A stretch of 64,000 nucleotides of DNA from Candidatus Latescibacterota bacterium (GCA_963422735.1 OY730476.1:1952001-2016000); one strand, 5' to 3'. Positions 37,727 through 47,946 are shown, counted from the first letter of the stretch. The notes: generated from the letters alone by a model not told the origin. Program-made: numbers and translations.

Positions 37727-39337
37727 CTACTCGTCGCGCCCCGCGAGAGATACGAGGATGAAGTGCCGATCCTTTCTTGGCTGCCGGCTGACGAAGCGCA
37801 TAAATTCTGCTTTGTCGTGCCATTGGCGCGGGTGCGCCGAAGGAATCGTCACACCCCGACGCAAAAGGTCTTGCCAAAAAGACTCGTTCCCCACGACGAA
37901 GCCGGCCGCCACTAGGAAATAGTCTGCGCCCTCAGCCGCGAGGCTGTCGAGCCGCTCGGGCGCAAACTCAGGCGGAGTTATTTGCCATCCCTTGCGATGG
38001 CAGTAGTAGAGCAAGGTCGGGCTTTGCGCTCGGTGCGGTACCCCGGTGTTTTCGTCCTCGTCGCCGATGACCAGAAGCGCATCCTGCGGCAACCTGGCGT
38101 CGAGTATCCGCCCCACCAAGTGGCAGCTCTGGTAGTAGTTATGCAAATTATTGGGCTGCACGTAATACGGCCCAACCGCCCAAGCACTGTAGGCGGCGAC
38201 CCCGACGATCAAGGTACATACCAAAACGACGCGCCAGCGGTATTTCCAGTTCCGTGCGAACCGACACCATCCCGCCGATGCAGTACCTGCCTCGATAATG
38301 GCTTTGAGCACCCGTCCAGCTAGAAGGGCCCCAACCGGGGCAAAGGGTAGCTGGTAGTAATGCAGTCTGCGATTGCCCTCGGGGATGACCAAGACATAGA
38401 GCACCAGCCCTCCCATCCACACCCAGAGCATCCACTCTCGCCGTTGGGTAGGTGCTAGGGCAAGTCCGGCCAAAACCAGCACCACTCCCACAGGCGTATA
38501 GACGCTGTTCCAGAAGCGCTTCAAGATCGTCAGATAAAAATCAGCCGTAAAGAGCAGGCTGCGGTCCCACTTGTCATAGCCGTAGCGGTTCCAAATGCCA
38601 AACGTCAGGCCGGTTTCTTCAAAGAGCAGGTTGGCGTGCCAGTACCAGAACACGGCAGGAGCCAAGGCCAGCACGAGGTAGAGCCAAAGCGCGGGCTTGA
38701 GGACAAAGTTCCATCCCCAGCGCACCCAAGCTAAGGCGACCAGCGGAAAACCGAGATAGAGGGTAGGTATTTTGACGAGAAAACACAGGGCAGCCAAAAG
38801 GGCAGCCAGCGCGAAGTCCCATCGGCGACCGCTGTCAATCCACCGCGCGAAAGCCCAAAGCGACCCCACGCTCAAAAGGATCATCAGCGCCTCGGGCATA
38901 AAGGTACGCCCATAGTAGATGCCCATGGGAAAAAGCAAATAGAGCAGGGCAGCTAACAGAGCACCCGGCTTCCCCATGCCCAATCGTAGGGCCAGCCAGT
39001 AGAGCAGGGCTGCCGCTGCCGTCGAGCACAACGCCGCTAAGAGCCTGCCCAGCCACTCATAGGGACCGTCGGCTGCGGCGTAGAGCAGGGCAACAACGAA
39101 GGGGTACAGAGGAAAATTCGTCTCCACATACCCAAGGGTGGTACCGCGCCAATCGACGCGCGGATAGAAGAGTGAATACCCCTCTTCGTAAAAGTTGCGG
39201 GCTATGGCGGCCGTATCCGTCTGGCGCCAAGCCTGCTTGTCGGTCAGGGGATCTTGCAGGTTTACAAACCGCAGAGCCAGCCCTAGGGCGAGGGCGACAT
39301 AGAGATAAGAAGCGCCCGTAGCCCCCTTCGTTTGCAT
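37727..39337 (-). CDS. ArnT/PMT-like (GT-C) glycosyltransferase
   Basis: WRQTDTAAIARNFY, ETNFPLY, RTFMPE and HYYQLP motifs; multiple TM helices. Confidence 0.85.
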   Translation of the reverse strand: MQTKGATGASYLYVALALGLALRFVNLQDPLTDKQAWRQTDTAAIARNFYEEGYSLFYPRVDWRGTTLGYVETNFPLYPFVVALLYAAADGPYEWLGRLLAALCSTAAAALLYWLALRLGMGKPGALLAALLYLLFPMGIYYGRTFMPEALMILLSVGSLWAFARWIDSGRRWDFALAALLAALCFLVKIPTLYLGFPLVALAWVRWGWNFVLKPALWLYLVLALAPAVFWYWHANLLFEETGLTFGIWNRYGYDKWDRSLLFTADFYLTILKRFWNSVYTPVGVVLVLAGLALAPTQRREWMLWVWMGGLVLYVLVIPEGNRRLHYYQLPFAPVGALLAGRVLKAIIEAGTASAGWCRFARNWKYRWRVVLVCTLIVGVAAYSAWAVGPYYVQPNNLHNYYQSCHLVGRILDARLPQDALLVIGDEDENTGVPHRAQSPTLLYYCHRKGWQITPPEFAPERLDSLAAEGADYFLVAAGFVVGNESFWQDLLRRGVTIPSAHPRQWHDKAEFMRFVSRQPRKDRHFILVSLAGRDE

Positions 39338-39343
39338 GTCAGA

Positions 39344-40519
39344 TCAGTAGGGGCGCCAGCTTGGCGACATATCGTCGCGGTCTTCGTTGTCGGTCAGGTT
39401 GATTGGCATCATCGGCGGAGCGTCCATCTCATCCAAGTCAAATCCGGCCGTTCCGATCAAGTAAATGTCGTATTCGTCGTCTCCCATCTTGCCCGCATAA
39501 GCTATCCCCTTGCCGTCGGGCGAAAAGACGGGCTCTTGCTCGTAGGTCTCCTCGGCAATTGAGATGCGGGTCTGCCCTTGGCCATCGGCCCGCATGATCA
39601 TCAGCTCTTGGCCGCCAAATGCCTCCGAGTTGTAAACCAAGCGGTCGCCCTTGGGAGAAAACGACGCAAACCAGTCAAACTTGCGCCGATTCTCGGTGAG
39701 GCGAGTCCGATTCGACCCATCGAGATCAATGAGGTAGATCTCGTCGTTGTCGTCAAAGGCCGAAGAAGTGAAGGCGATGCGGCGGCCATCGGGCGAAAAC
39801 GAAGGCTCGCGGCCCTGGACCAGCTTGCGCGGGTTGGACCCGTCGGCGGCCATGAGCCAGACGGCCACATCGCCATCGCGCAGGCTGACGAAGGCAATTG
39901 TCTCGCTGTCGGGCGAAAAAACGCCGCGCTGATCGCGCTCGGGATGTTCGGTTAGGCGCACGAGATTAGCGCTATCGGCATCCATGACGTAGAGATCGAT
40001 GTTGGTCACCACGTCGCCGCGAGTGAAGAGGATCTTCTTACCGTCGGGCGACCAAGAGGGATGCTGCTCGGGTTCGGGAGTGTCGGTTAGCTGCTGGCGG
40101 TCGCTGCCATCTGCTTTGATGGTAAACAAGTCCCAGTTGCGGACATTTTTCTTGGTCGAGGCGTAGAGGATTGTGCCCTCGCGTTTGAAAGCGGCATTGC
40201 TCCCCGTGGGAATGTCGAAGGTTGCCTCGTAGGTCCGCACACCCCATAGCGGCGGAGATTCCACTTGCAAGACCTTGTTTTCCATATAATCCCCCGCGAC
40301 GACATTGACTGCGTACGCACCGCGGCCCAATTCGATATTGCTGTCCGGCTCGGGCAAGGCGTAGGTTCCGGCTTTGACCAAGTGGTTGTATTTGTATTGG
40401 ACGTCATTGGCGTCCAAGCGCACGAACTGGCCGTCTCCGCCTCTGATCTCGATTTTGACTTGGTTCGAGCCACATCCTGCGATCGCGACAGCTAAAACCA
40501 ATGCAGATAGCTTGAACAT
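39344..40519 (-). CDS. TolB-like PD40 beta-propeller lipoprotein
   Basis: Lipobox IAG|C and six-fold P.[WF]SPDG..I.F / MDADG.....LT repeats. Confidence 0.88.
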   Translation of the reverse strand: MFKLSALVLAVAIAGCGSNQVKIEIRGGDGQFVRLDANDVQYKYNHLVKAGTYALPEPDSNIELGRGAYAVNVVAGDYMENKVLQVESPPLWGVRTYEATFDIPTGSNAAFKREGTILYASTKKNVRNWDLFTIKADGSDRQQLTDTPEPEQHPSWSPDGKKILFTRGDVVTNIDLYVMDADSANLVRLTEHPERDQRGVFSPDSETIAFVSLRDGDVAVWLMAADGSNPRKLVQGREPSFSPDGRRIAFTSSAFDDNDEIYLIDLDGSNRTRLTENRRKFDWFASFSPKGDRLVYNSEAFGGQELMIMRADGQGQTRISIAEETYEQEPVFSPDGKGIAYAGKMGDDEYDIYLIGTAGFDLDEMDAPPMMPINLTDNEDRDDMSPSWRPY

Positions 40520-40555
40520 GTATTCTCCTTACTGAGTTATTGCACACTCGGCCGA

Positions 40556-41239
40556 TCAGGCTAGACCGCTGAGTACCCGCAAGCGCTGGTCGAGATGATC
40601 CATCAGCTCGTTGACATTGGCGAAAGAAGTCGCGTAGAGGGGTTCGTCAATCCGAAAGTACACCCGAGCCCCGGGCCGAGCGTAGCTATCGTATTCCAGT
40701 CCTATGGGAATCAGCGGTACGCGCATCCCCAACCGATCTTCGGCCTGTACCATATGCTCGACTACTTCCTTTTGCAGGGGCCCCAACTTGTCTTGATAGC
40801 GCATGCCTTCCGGGTGCGAGACAACCAATTCCCCGCGCTGGTACAGCCCGTCTAAATAGTCTTGCATCTGCTGGTTGGCCGCGCGGGCCCGCCGAATCTC
40901 GGCGCGGCGTTGCTCCCGATCTGGGATCCGCCTAATGTCTTTGGGCCGCACCACTTTGACCCCCCCCATCCACTCCAGTATCCCCCACAGGCCAACCTTC
41001 ATAATGTAATTGGCATAGCGCCGGGTGACCCTGTACAGCAAGACCCCTTCGAGCAGAATGTCGCGGTACGCGCAATGTTTGGGCAAAATCAGGGCCGGCC
41101 CCTCGCGCGGCAGATTGCGACCGCCCTCGATCGCTAAGCGGTGATACCGCATAGCACCTGCCGCGAGCAAGCGAGCACAACAGGCGAGGGCATCTACGCG
41201 CTTGATGGAAAAGTCTCTATGCTCAGGCTCTACGGACAT
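40556..41239 (-). CDS. PlsC-like lysophospholipid acyltransferase
   Basis: HxxxxD (HCAYRD), PEG and VPLIPIGL motifs. Confidence 0.8.
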   Translation of the reverse strand: MSVEPEHRDFSIKRVDALACCARLLAAGAMRYHRLAIEGGRNLPREGPALILPKHCAYRDILLEGVLLYRVTRRYANYIMKVGLWGILEWMGGVKVVRPKDIRRIPDREQRRAEIRRARAANQQMQDYLDGLYQRGELVVSHPEGMRYQDKLGPLQKEVVEHMVQAEDRLGMRVPLIPIGLEYDSYARPGARVYFRIDEPLYATSFANVNELMDHLDQRLRVLSGLA

Positions 41240-41243
41240 GGTT

Positions 41244-41720
41244 TTACCTGAACAAGTCCTTTACCTTGCCCCAAGTACTTTCGTCCACTTCTGTAGCCAA
41301 GGGTTGCAGCAGGTCTTGCCCTAGGCCGGCCAAGTACAAAGCACCCTCGGGGTTTATGGCTGCAAAATAATCCCCGTCGGCGTCCAGCCGCACTTTGATG
41401 TACGCGGGCACCTCCGGGGACTGTGCGGCCATCGCGACCGACCACAGGGTCAGCCCCTCAACCGCCGGTACTTGCCCGTCGCGGGCAATGGCGACAAACC
41501 GCTGCGCTGCATCCTGTGTGCGTTTTACCTCGCCCTTTAGGCGAGACCACTGCTCCCATAGCCATAAGACCCGCTGGCGCTGCGGGGCCTCATCGTACGA
41601 GAATACGTAGAATACGCGGCTGTCTTCCGGCAGGGCCTGGATCTCGCCGCTGCCAACTTCACTCGCTGCGACCAGCAGCAGGACCAAGCCCGTCGCCCAT
41701 GTCGTTCGTAGTGCGTTCAT
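41244..41720 (-). CDS. Small secreted protein with C-terminal WGxVK tail
   Basis: Signal peptide; ends TEVDESTWGKVKDLFR. Confidence 0.7.
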   Translation of the reverse strand: MNALRTTWATGLVLLLVAASEVGSGEIQALPEDSRVFYVFSYDEAPQRQRVLWLWEQWSRLKGEVKRTQDAAQRFVAIARDGQVPAVEGLTLWSVAMAAQSPEVPAYIKVRLDADGDYFAAINPEGALYLAGLGQDLLQPLATEVDESTWGKVKDLFR

Positions 41721-41727
41721 ATCTACC

Positions 41728-42795
41728 TTATTCGGCGCGAATTCCGCAGTCCTTTTGCACGGCGTCTTTCCCTTGGAGAACCCTCACCAGCGACAGGTGT
41801 TGGCTAAGCACCTGTTCGACTTGCACGACGCCGACCCGACGCGGCAGGGACATTCCCAACACCTTGCCGGTATCTGGGTCTTTCAGTTCCCGCCCTTTGT
41901 CCCACACGCCGTACTTGTTGCCTTTCTGCACGGAGTCGGCTAATCCCACGTTAATATAGGCACTCAACCGCACTCGCACAGATTGGCCGTTCTGCACTGT
42001 ATCAGCCACCACCTCTATGATTTTCGGCTCGGAGACCCTGAGTGCGGCCGGCGGTTGGATGAGGCTATCCAGCCCGGCGGCCAAGTGGTCCAGACATCGG
42101 CTCACCGACTTGCCCAGCAAGGTTTGGTGGAATTCCTCGCTGCCCCACTCCATCTGCCCCAAGAGGAAGTACTCCTTTTCCAGCGGCACGTAGGCCGCCG
42201 GGTTGGTGATCCCATAGCGCTTGCTATCCTCAGCTATTTCCCGTATCACCTCGCCGGCTGCTTCCCCGTCTATGACCTTATAGGGATATAGCTGCACTGT
42301 GGTCAGGCCCTGATAGCTCCGGTAGCCGCCGATGGGCACGGTGGCGCGGAAGCGCTTCATGCTCATCTCGTCGATCTGCCCCAAGACGACGTAGTCGGCG
42401 TCCACTTCGCGGCCAATAGCCAAGGCGCGCTCGACATCGAGCTTGCCTTGCAATTCTTTCTTTTTTAATCGCACGAGTGCCGAATCAATGGACATGGTGC
42501 TGAAAAAGGCACTGCCACTCAGCGAATCGGCCAAGCCACGGGGCATGGCCGAGTATACGTCCCACTCGCCCTTGTATTTCGACTTGTCGCGAAAGGGCAT
42601 GAAGAGCAGCCGCTGCTTCAGATCCTCCGAGATGGTGCTGTCGCTGACCACCAGCTCCTTTGAGGCCTCCTCCTCTTCTTTTTGCTCCCCCAACCCCATA
42701 ATCGGTACCACAGTCGCCCCCCCGTCTGCCCCCCAGTACAGCGCGGCCAACAAAGCGAATCCCCCCCGCAAAAACCACCTGTGTCTATCGGACAT
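41728..42795 (-). CDS. CsgG/FlgT-like exported protein
   Basis: Start moved to ATG 42795 (overlaps the larA stop); LLFMPF...ALAIGREVDADYVVLGQI, and C-terminal YINVG...GRELKDPDTGKVLG...VGVVQV. Confidence 0.65.
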   Translation of the reverse strand: MSDRHRWFLRGGFALLAALYWGADGGATVVPIMGLGEQKEEEEASKELVVSDSTISEDLKQRLLFMPFRDKSKYKGEWDVYSAMPRGLADSLSGSAFFSTMSIDSALVRLKKKELQGKLDVERALAIGREVDADYVVLGQIDEMSMKRFRATVPIGGYRSYQGLTTVQLYPYKVIDGEAAGEVIREIAEDSKRYGITNPAAYVPLEKEYFLLGQMEWGSEEFHQTLLGKSVSRCLDHLAAGLDSLIQPPAALRVSEPKIIEVVADTVQNGQSVRVRLSAYINVGLADSVQKGNKYGVWDKGRELKDPDTGKVLGMSLPRRVGVVQVEQVLSQHLSLVRVLQGKDAVQKDCGIRAE

Positions 42796-44069
42796 CAGTG
42801 CTCTCCTTTGGTTTGCGTGAGTACGTAAGGCCCTTGCGGCACGACCGCTATGCGCGCCCCGGCCCCGTGCCGCGCCAGCGCGGCGGCTATCCCTTGCTCC
42901 ACAGAGGAAATGACCTCGACCCACACCTTGTCGCGGTACTGAGGATCAACGCCCTCCGAGTAGAACATGACCTCGGCCTTGTCGAGAACCTTGCACAACT
43001 CTTGCAACTGCCATTGGTCGATGGCAAAGAAATCGGGATCCGCAAGGCGAACCGCGAATTCGGCGGCATCGGATGCGCCGAGCAGCATCTCCACAAATTC
43101 CGGGCTGCCCAAGCCCTCGGCACAGCGAGCGGCAATGAGGATCGTCCCGCCCTCTTTGACGATGGGCAACACCGCCGTCAGGCCCTTGACGGCTTGGTAA
43201 AACGTCAGGTCGAGCGGCCAGCCGGCACTGCTGGTGAGCGCGATGTCAACCGGCTCGTCAACCAAGACGCCGTTCTGCTGCTCAACGAAGCGGGCCCCTT
43301 CGGCATGGGCCTTCTCTAGGTCGCCGCAGAACAGGCCGGTGATTTGCCGCCAGTCGTTCATAGCCACATTAAATGTAAAATCAACGCCAGCGTGCTGCGC
43401 CACTTCGAGGGCTTGGCGGTGAAAAGGGTTGCCTTCAATGGAACCTTCGCACACCCGGGGGTGGGCCAACAGCTCGGGGCCGTGCAGGACGCGCATCGTC
43501 TCAATACCCATCAATCCTGGGCAGATGGCCTTGCGACCGCCCGAATACCCAGCCATTAAGTGCGGCTCGATCAGCGAGGTGGCGATTTTTAAGTCGGCCT
43601 CCACGTAGAGCGCGGCGATCCATATTGGGGCACCGCCCGAAGTTTCCCCTAGATACGTCAGGGTCTCGCGGCGACGGGCGGTGTGGTTGACGATGCGATA
43701 GTTGCGGGCGATGTCGGCCCCGACGAGCTGTACCAATTCCTCGCCTTCGTTGGGCCGATGTAGGCCGGTGCCAATCAATATGGTAATATCCTCGCGGGCG
43801 ATGCCTTCCTCTTCGAGAATCCGCAGCATCGGTGGCAAAAGGATGGCGTTGGGGACCGGGCGAGTAATATCGGCAATGACTACGCAGGCGTTTTTGCGCC
43901 CTCGCGCCAGCCGCCGCAAGGACTGAGCCCCTATCGGGTGGGCCAGCGCGCGATTGATCCGCTCCTCGATCCGGTCGAGCCCCTCACTTGGGACCATCTG
44001 CAATACCTCGGCCGAGTCGGGCACTTCGGTTTCGAGGCCGTCGCGGCCATAGTCGAGCTTTATCTTCAT
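42795..44069 (-). CDS. larA: LarA family nickel-pincer-dependent racemase/epimerase
   Basis: ADITRPVP, IGTGLHRP, IVNH, PHLMAGYSGGRKAICPG and DLTFYQAVKG motifs. Confidence 0.9.
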   Translation of the reverse strand: MKIKLDYGRDGLETEVPDSAEVLQMVPSEGLDRIEERINRALAHPIGAQSLRRLARGRKNACVVIADITRPVPNAILLPPMLRILEEEGIAREDITILIGTGLHRPNEGEELVQLVGADIARNYRIVNHTARRRETLTYLGETSGGAPIWIAALYVEADLKIATSLIEPHLMAGYSGGRKAICPGLMGIETMRVLHGPELLAHPRVCEGSIEGNPFHRQALEVAQHAGVDFTFNVAMNDWRQITGLFCGDLEKAHAEGARFVEQQNGVLVDEPVDIALTSSAGWPLDLTFYQAVKGLTAVLPIVKEGGTILIAARCAEGLGSPEFVEMLLGASDAAEFAVRLADPDFFAIDQWQLQELCKVLDKAEVMFYSEGVDPQYRDKVWVEVISSVEQGIAAALARHGAGARIAVVPQGPYVLTQTKGEH

Positions 44070-44078
44070 TGTGTGTGC

Positions 44079-44948
44079 CTAGGCCAATTTGCCATTGAGG
44101 TACGCGCGAAACGCCGCGCCGAACTCCCGGTCGGCTAAGGCGAAATCCGCGAAGGCCCGATAGTATGTGAGCGGCGTTCCTATGTCGTAGCGCACCTCAT
44201 CGCTCGCAAGGCGTATGCAGCGGATCTCAGCCCCGCGCTGGATTAGGACGCGGATGGCATCGGTCAACCACAACTCGCCGCCAACCCCAGGCTCAATCTC
44301 GTCAATGGCGGCGAAAATCTCCGGCGAAAAAATATAGCGGGCCGCAACCGCAAGACAACTCGGCGCGGCTTCCACCGACGGTTTTTCAACAATATCGGCG
44401 ATGGCAAAGTCGTCGCCGGCCTCGCCTTGCGGTGTGACGACTCCGTACTTGTAGGTCTCCTCGCGCGGCACTTGCCATACGGCAATGGTGGCGGCCACAC
44501 CCCGTTGGACATGCGACTCTATCATCCGGCCGACCACGCCTGGCACTCGCGGCGAGGCGATGATCGTGTCGCCGAACCCCACCACGAACGACTCGTCACC
44601 CACGAATTCCCGCGCCTGCCGCACGGCATCGGCATTGCCAGCCGGCCGTCGCTGCCGCACATAGTAGAATTCAACGCCCTCGGCCGCGTAGTCAACCTCT
44701 CCAATCGCGCTATCGCCCAAGCGCGCCGCGAGCTCGGGATCGTCGTCGAAGTGATCCTCAATCGAGCGCTTCTTGCGGCCCGTTACAAAGAGAAACTTGT
44801 CCAACCCCTGCTCTATCATCTCCTCAACCACGTACTGCACGACTGGCTTGCAACCAACGGGCAGCATCTCCTTGGGTTGGGACTTGGTCGCCGGCAGCAG
44901 GCGAGTGCCCAAACCCGCTACGGGGAATACGGCTTTGCGAATTGGCAC
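44079..44948 (-). CDS. galU: UTP--glucose-1-phosphate uridylyltransferase
   Basis: KAVFPVAGLGTRLLPATKSQPKEMLP, VEKP, GELWLTDAI and RYDIG motifs. Confidence 0.92.
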   Translation of the reverse strand: MPIRKAVFPVAGLGTRLLPATKSQPKEMLPVGCKPVVQYVVEEMIEQGLDKFLFVTGRKKRSIEDHFDDDPELAARLGDSAIGEVDYAAEGVEFYYVRQRRPAGNADAVRQAREFVGDESFVVGFGDTIIASPRVPGVVGRMIESHVQRGVAATIAVWQVPREETYKYGVVTPQGEAGDDFAIADIVEKPSVEAAPSCLAVAARYIFSPEIFAAIDEIEPGVGGELWLTDAIRVLIQRGAEIRCIRLASDEVRYDIGTPLTYYRAFADFALADREFGAAFRAYLNGKLA

Positions 44949-45070
44949 GGTTTCTTTTTATTTTAAGTTTAAGAGAATCAAGGACATAACCATAAAATAG
45001 CACCTAGTGAAAATAGGGCGTAAAAGGTGCTAAATCAAGCCCGGCCTGCCCTCTCTGCGCCACCAACCTC

Positions 45071-46120
45071 ATGTTCGACTTGGCCCCAACTCGCCTGCGC
45101 ACCTTCGTCGAAGCGTTTCCCTCACTACGCATTGGCGTAGTCGGCGACTTTTTCCTCGACTCCTACCTCAAATGCGACCCGGCCCTCGACGAAAAGTCGC
45201 TGGAGACCCGCAAGACCTGCTATCAGGTGATCGGCTACCGCCGCCAACCTGGGGCCGCCGGCAATGTCGCCGCCAACTTGCGCGCCCTCGGCGTGGGTGC
45301 GGTCGAGGCCGTGGGCTATTGCGGCGACGACGGCGAAGGCTACGAACTGCGGCGAGCCATGCGCCGACTGGGCTTAGACTTGACGGGCTTGCTCACTGCT
45401 CCGGGTCGCTTGACCCCGACCTATAACAAGCCCTATTACGCCGCTAGCAGCCATCGCGACCGACCCGTCATCGAGGAACTGGAGCGGCTCGATGTCAAAA
45501 ACCGATGCCCGACCCCTACCAGCCTCCAGCGCGATCTCATTGACCACATCCGCCAGCGCCTGAGCCACTGGGACGGGATCGCGCTCATCGACCAAGTCGC
45601 CGAAACCAATTGCGGCGTCCTCACCACGCACGTGCGCCGCGCCATCGCCGCTGCGCTCGGCCCTCAGCCCAAGCTCGTGGCCCTCGCCGATTCGCGTACG
45701 CGCATCGGACTCTTTAAGCACGCCATCCTCAAGCCCAACCAGCGCGAAGCTTGGGCCGCGCTCGGCGGCCAAGGGAGCTTGTCGCTCAGGGCAGCGCACC
45801 ACCACGCCCACGTGCTCAGCAACCGGACGGGTCGCCCGGTGTTTCTAACGCTTGGCAATAGGGGGATACTCGTAGCCGACTACAACGCGGTCGAGCACGT
45901 GCCGGCCGTGTGCCTCACCGCACCCGTTGACTCGGTCGGTGCCGGGGACACGTGTGCGGCCACCCTCTGCGCGGCCTTGGCGGCCGGTGCCGGACTGACG
46001 GAAGCGGCGGCTGTAGCCTGCTTGGCCGCGTCAATTACCATTCAGCAGCTCGGCACGACCGGCACGGCCTCGCCAACCGAGCTGCGCCTCCGCTTGCATC
46101 AGTTGCGTCAGGATGCGTAG
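45071..46120 (+). CDS. PfkB family kinase, RfaE/HldA-like
   Basis: VVGDFFLD, PGAAGNVAANL, LKPNQRE and VDSVGAGD motifs. Confidence 0.85.
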   Translation: MFDLAPTRLRTFVEAFPSLRIGVVGDFFLDSYLKCDPALDEKSLETRKTCYQVIGYRRQPGAAGNVAANLRALGVGAVEAVGYCGDDGEGYELRRAMRRLGLDLTGLLTAPGRLTPTYNKPYYAASSHRDRPVIEELERLDVKNRCPTPTSLQRDLIDHIRQRLSHWDGIALIDQVAETNCGVLTTHVRRAIAAALGPQPKLVALADSRTRIGLFKHAILKPNQREAWAALGGQGSLSLRAAHHHAHVLSNRTGRPVFLTLGNRGILVADYNAVEHVPAVCLTAPVDSVGAGDTCAATLCAALAAGAGLTEAAAVACLAASITIQQLGTTGTASPTELRLRLHQLRQDA

Positions 46121-47946
46121 GTCTGTTCGACAATCGTGCGATTCCGCTCGACGATCGCCTTGGGCACGATCTTCTTCAGGCCCTTGGTCAAGGTCCCAGC
46201 GGCCTCGCTCAGCGGCTCGGGCAAGAGCGCGACGCGCTGCGGCCGCTGGTAGCTCGGCAAGCCGGCAGCCGTAGCCTCGGCGAGAAACCCCTCACGGATC
46301 TGCTCGCCCAAGCTCAGATGCGTACGCAGGGCGTCTTCGTCTTCCAGCGGCAACCCGTCAATGCCGCTCTTTTTTGCCTCCTCCACATCCACCGTCACCA
46401 ATGGCAGCGGGTAGTCGCGCTGCTGGTCACCGTACACGAGCACGTGCTCGACTAGAGGCACCCGGGCGAAAATCCGCTCTAGGGCTTCGGGATTGACAAA
46501 CTCGCCGTTGCGCAGCTTGAACTGCCGGCCAACCCGCCCGTGGAACATGAGAAACCCCTCTTCGTCCATGCTGAACAAGTCGCCGGTCCGATACCAGACC
46601 TGGCCGCCCTCCTCCACTAGCACCTGCTCGGTCTGCTCGGGGTCGTGCAAATACCCGCGCATGACATTGGGGCCGCTGGTCCACAGCTCCCCTACTTGGT
46701 CGCCACTAGGCCGACACTCGGCCTGCGCTGGATCGTTGTACCCGAGTTCCGACCCGTCTTCGGCCACGATCTTTACTGCCTGCAACGGCCTTCCCACCGT
46801 GCCGCTTTTGCGCCCGCCGAGATGATTGGCGGCAATCAGCGGCGCGCACTCGGTCGTGCCGTAGCCCTCGTACGTGGTGATGTCGAGCACGTGGTGAAAG
46901 AAGTCCAACGCCTTGGGATCGGCCTTGGCCGAGCCGACGATTAAAAGCTCTAGATGAGGCCCAACCCGCGTGGCGAGCTGAGCGCGAATTTTGCCGATGA
47001 TAGAACGACCTATCGCAGCCAAAAATAGCTTGTCGCCTAGGCCAGCCCGACCGCATGCCAACCGCTCCTTGGCTGCAACCGAGTGCTGGATCAAGACCCC
47101 CTTGACGCCGCCAGCGTCGATTTCCTTTCGCACATTGCCATACACTTTGTCGAGTACCAGCGGCACAGTGAGGAAGCCTTCCGGCTCTGAGAGGCGAATG
47201 TCGCTGAGGACGCGGTCGGGCGAGCGCGCCAAGTCCAAAGTCCACCCCTTGGCCAAGGGATAGTAGATGTTGAGAATCCCCATGGAGTGATAGTCGGGCG
47301 CGGACTTGAACATACGGAGTGGTTGGCACTTGCTAATCACGTCCCAAACCTCTTCGATGTTGGCGACGATGTTGGCGTGGGTTTGGATCACGCCCTTGGG
47401 CAGGCCGGACGAACCCGAGGTATAGAGAATTTTCGATTCGTCTTCCGGCAGTACCTCAACCTCCGGCACGGCCGCGCTGCTCTCCGCCAGCTTTTCCCAA
47501 GGGATCGCGTCCTCGGCCTGACCTTCGGTCAACGCGACTTGCGGCGGCTTGTCCAGCCGCTCCCGGACGGCACCAAACCGCTCGTAGCCCTTGCGATCCA
47601 CGACCAGCAATTCAACCGCAGAGTGCGCGATGCTGTGGGCGAGCACCTCGTCAGGCGACTGAATGCACAGCGGCACCGCGCTGACCCCGATGCAGTCGGT
47701 CGCCAAAAAAATTAAGAGCGGCTCGCTGCCGCCATCGGTGAGGATGCCTACGCGCTGGCCCTTGGCCAAGCCCTGCGCCGCGAGGCCAGCCGCGAGCTGA
47801 TCGCGGCGGCTTTTGAGCTCGGCATAAGTCACAGGCTGGTAGCTCAATGCGCGGCTACCCTCTACGGGCTTGAGTTCGCGAATGGCCGTCTGTTCGGCAT
47901 AGGTTGCGAAGCTATGGTTGAGTAGATCCTTCAGCGTTTTTCCCAT
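46108..47946 (-). CDS. AMP-binding long-chain fatty acid--CoA ligase-like protein
   Basis: Probable start MGKTLK; YTSGSSGLPKG, EGYGTTE, GPNVMRGY and WYRTGD motifs. Confidence 0.88.
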   Translation of the reverse strand: MGKTLKDLLNHSFATYAEQTAIRELKPVEGSRALSYQPVTYAELKSRRDQLAAGLAAQGLAKGQRVGILTDGGSEPLLIFLATDCIGVSAVPLCIQSPDEVLAHSIAHSAVELLVVDRKGYERFGAVRERLDKPPQVALTEGQAEDAIPWEKLAESSAAVPEVEVLPEDESKILYTSGSSGLPKGVIQTHANIVANIEEVWDVISKCQPLRMFKSAPDYHSMGILNIYYPLAKGWTLDLARSPDRVLSDIRLSEPEGFLTVPLVLDKVYGNVRKEIDAGGVKGVLIQHSVAAKERLACGRAGLGDKLFLAAIGRSIIGKIRAQLATRVGPHLELLIVGSAKADPKALDFFHHVLDITTYEGYGTTECAPLIAANHLGGRKSGTVGRPLQAVKIVAEDGSELGYNDPAQAECRPSGDQVGELWTSGPNVMRGYLHDPEQTEQVLVEEGGQVWYRTGDLFSMDEEGFLMFHGRVGRQFKLRNGEFVNPEALERIFARVPLVEHVLVYGDQQRDYPLPLVTVDVEEAKKSGIDGLPLEDEDALRTHLSLGEQIREGFLAEATAAGLPSYQRPQRVALLPEPLSEAAGTLTKGLKKIVPKAIVERNRTIVEQTYAS

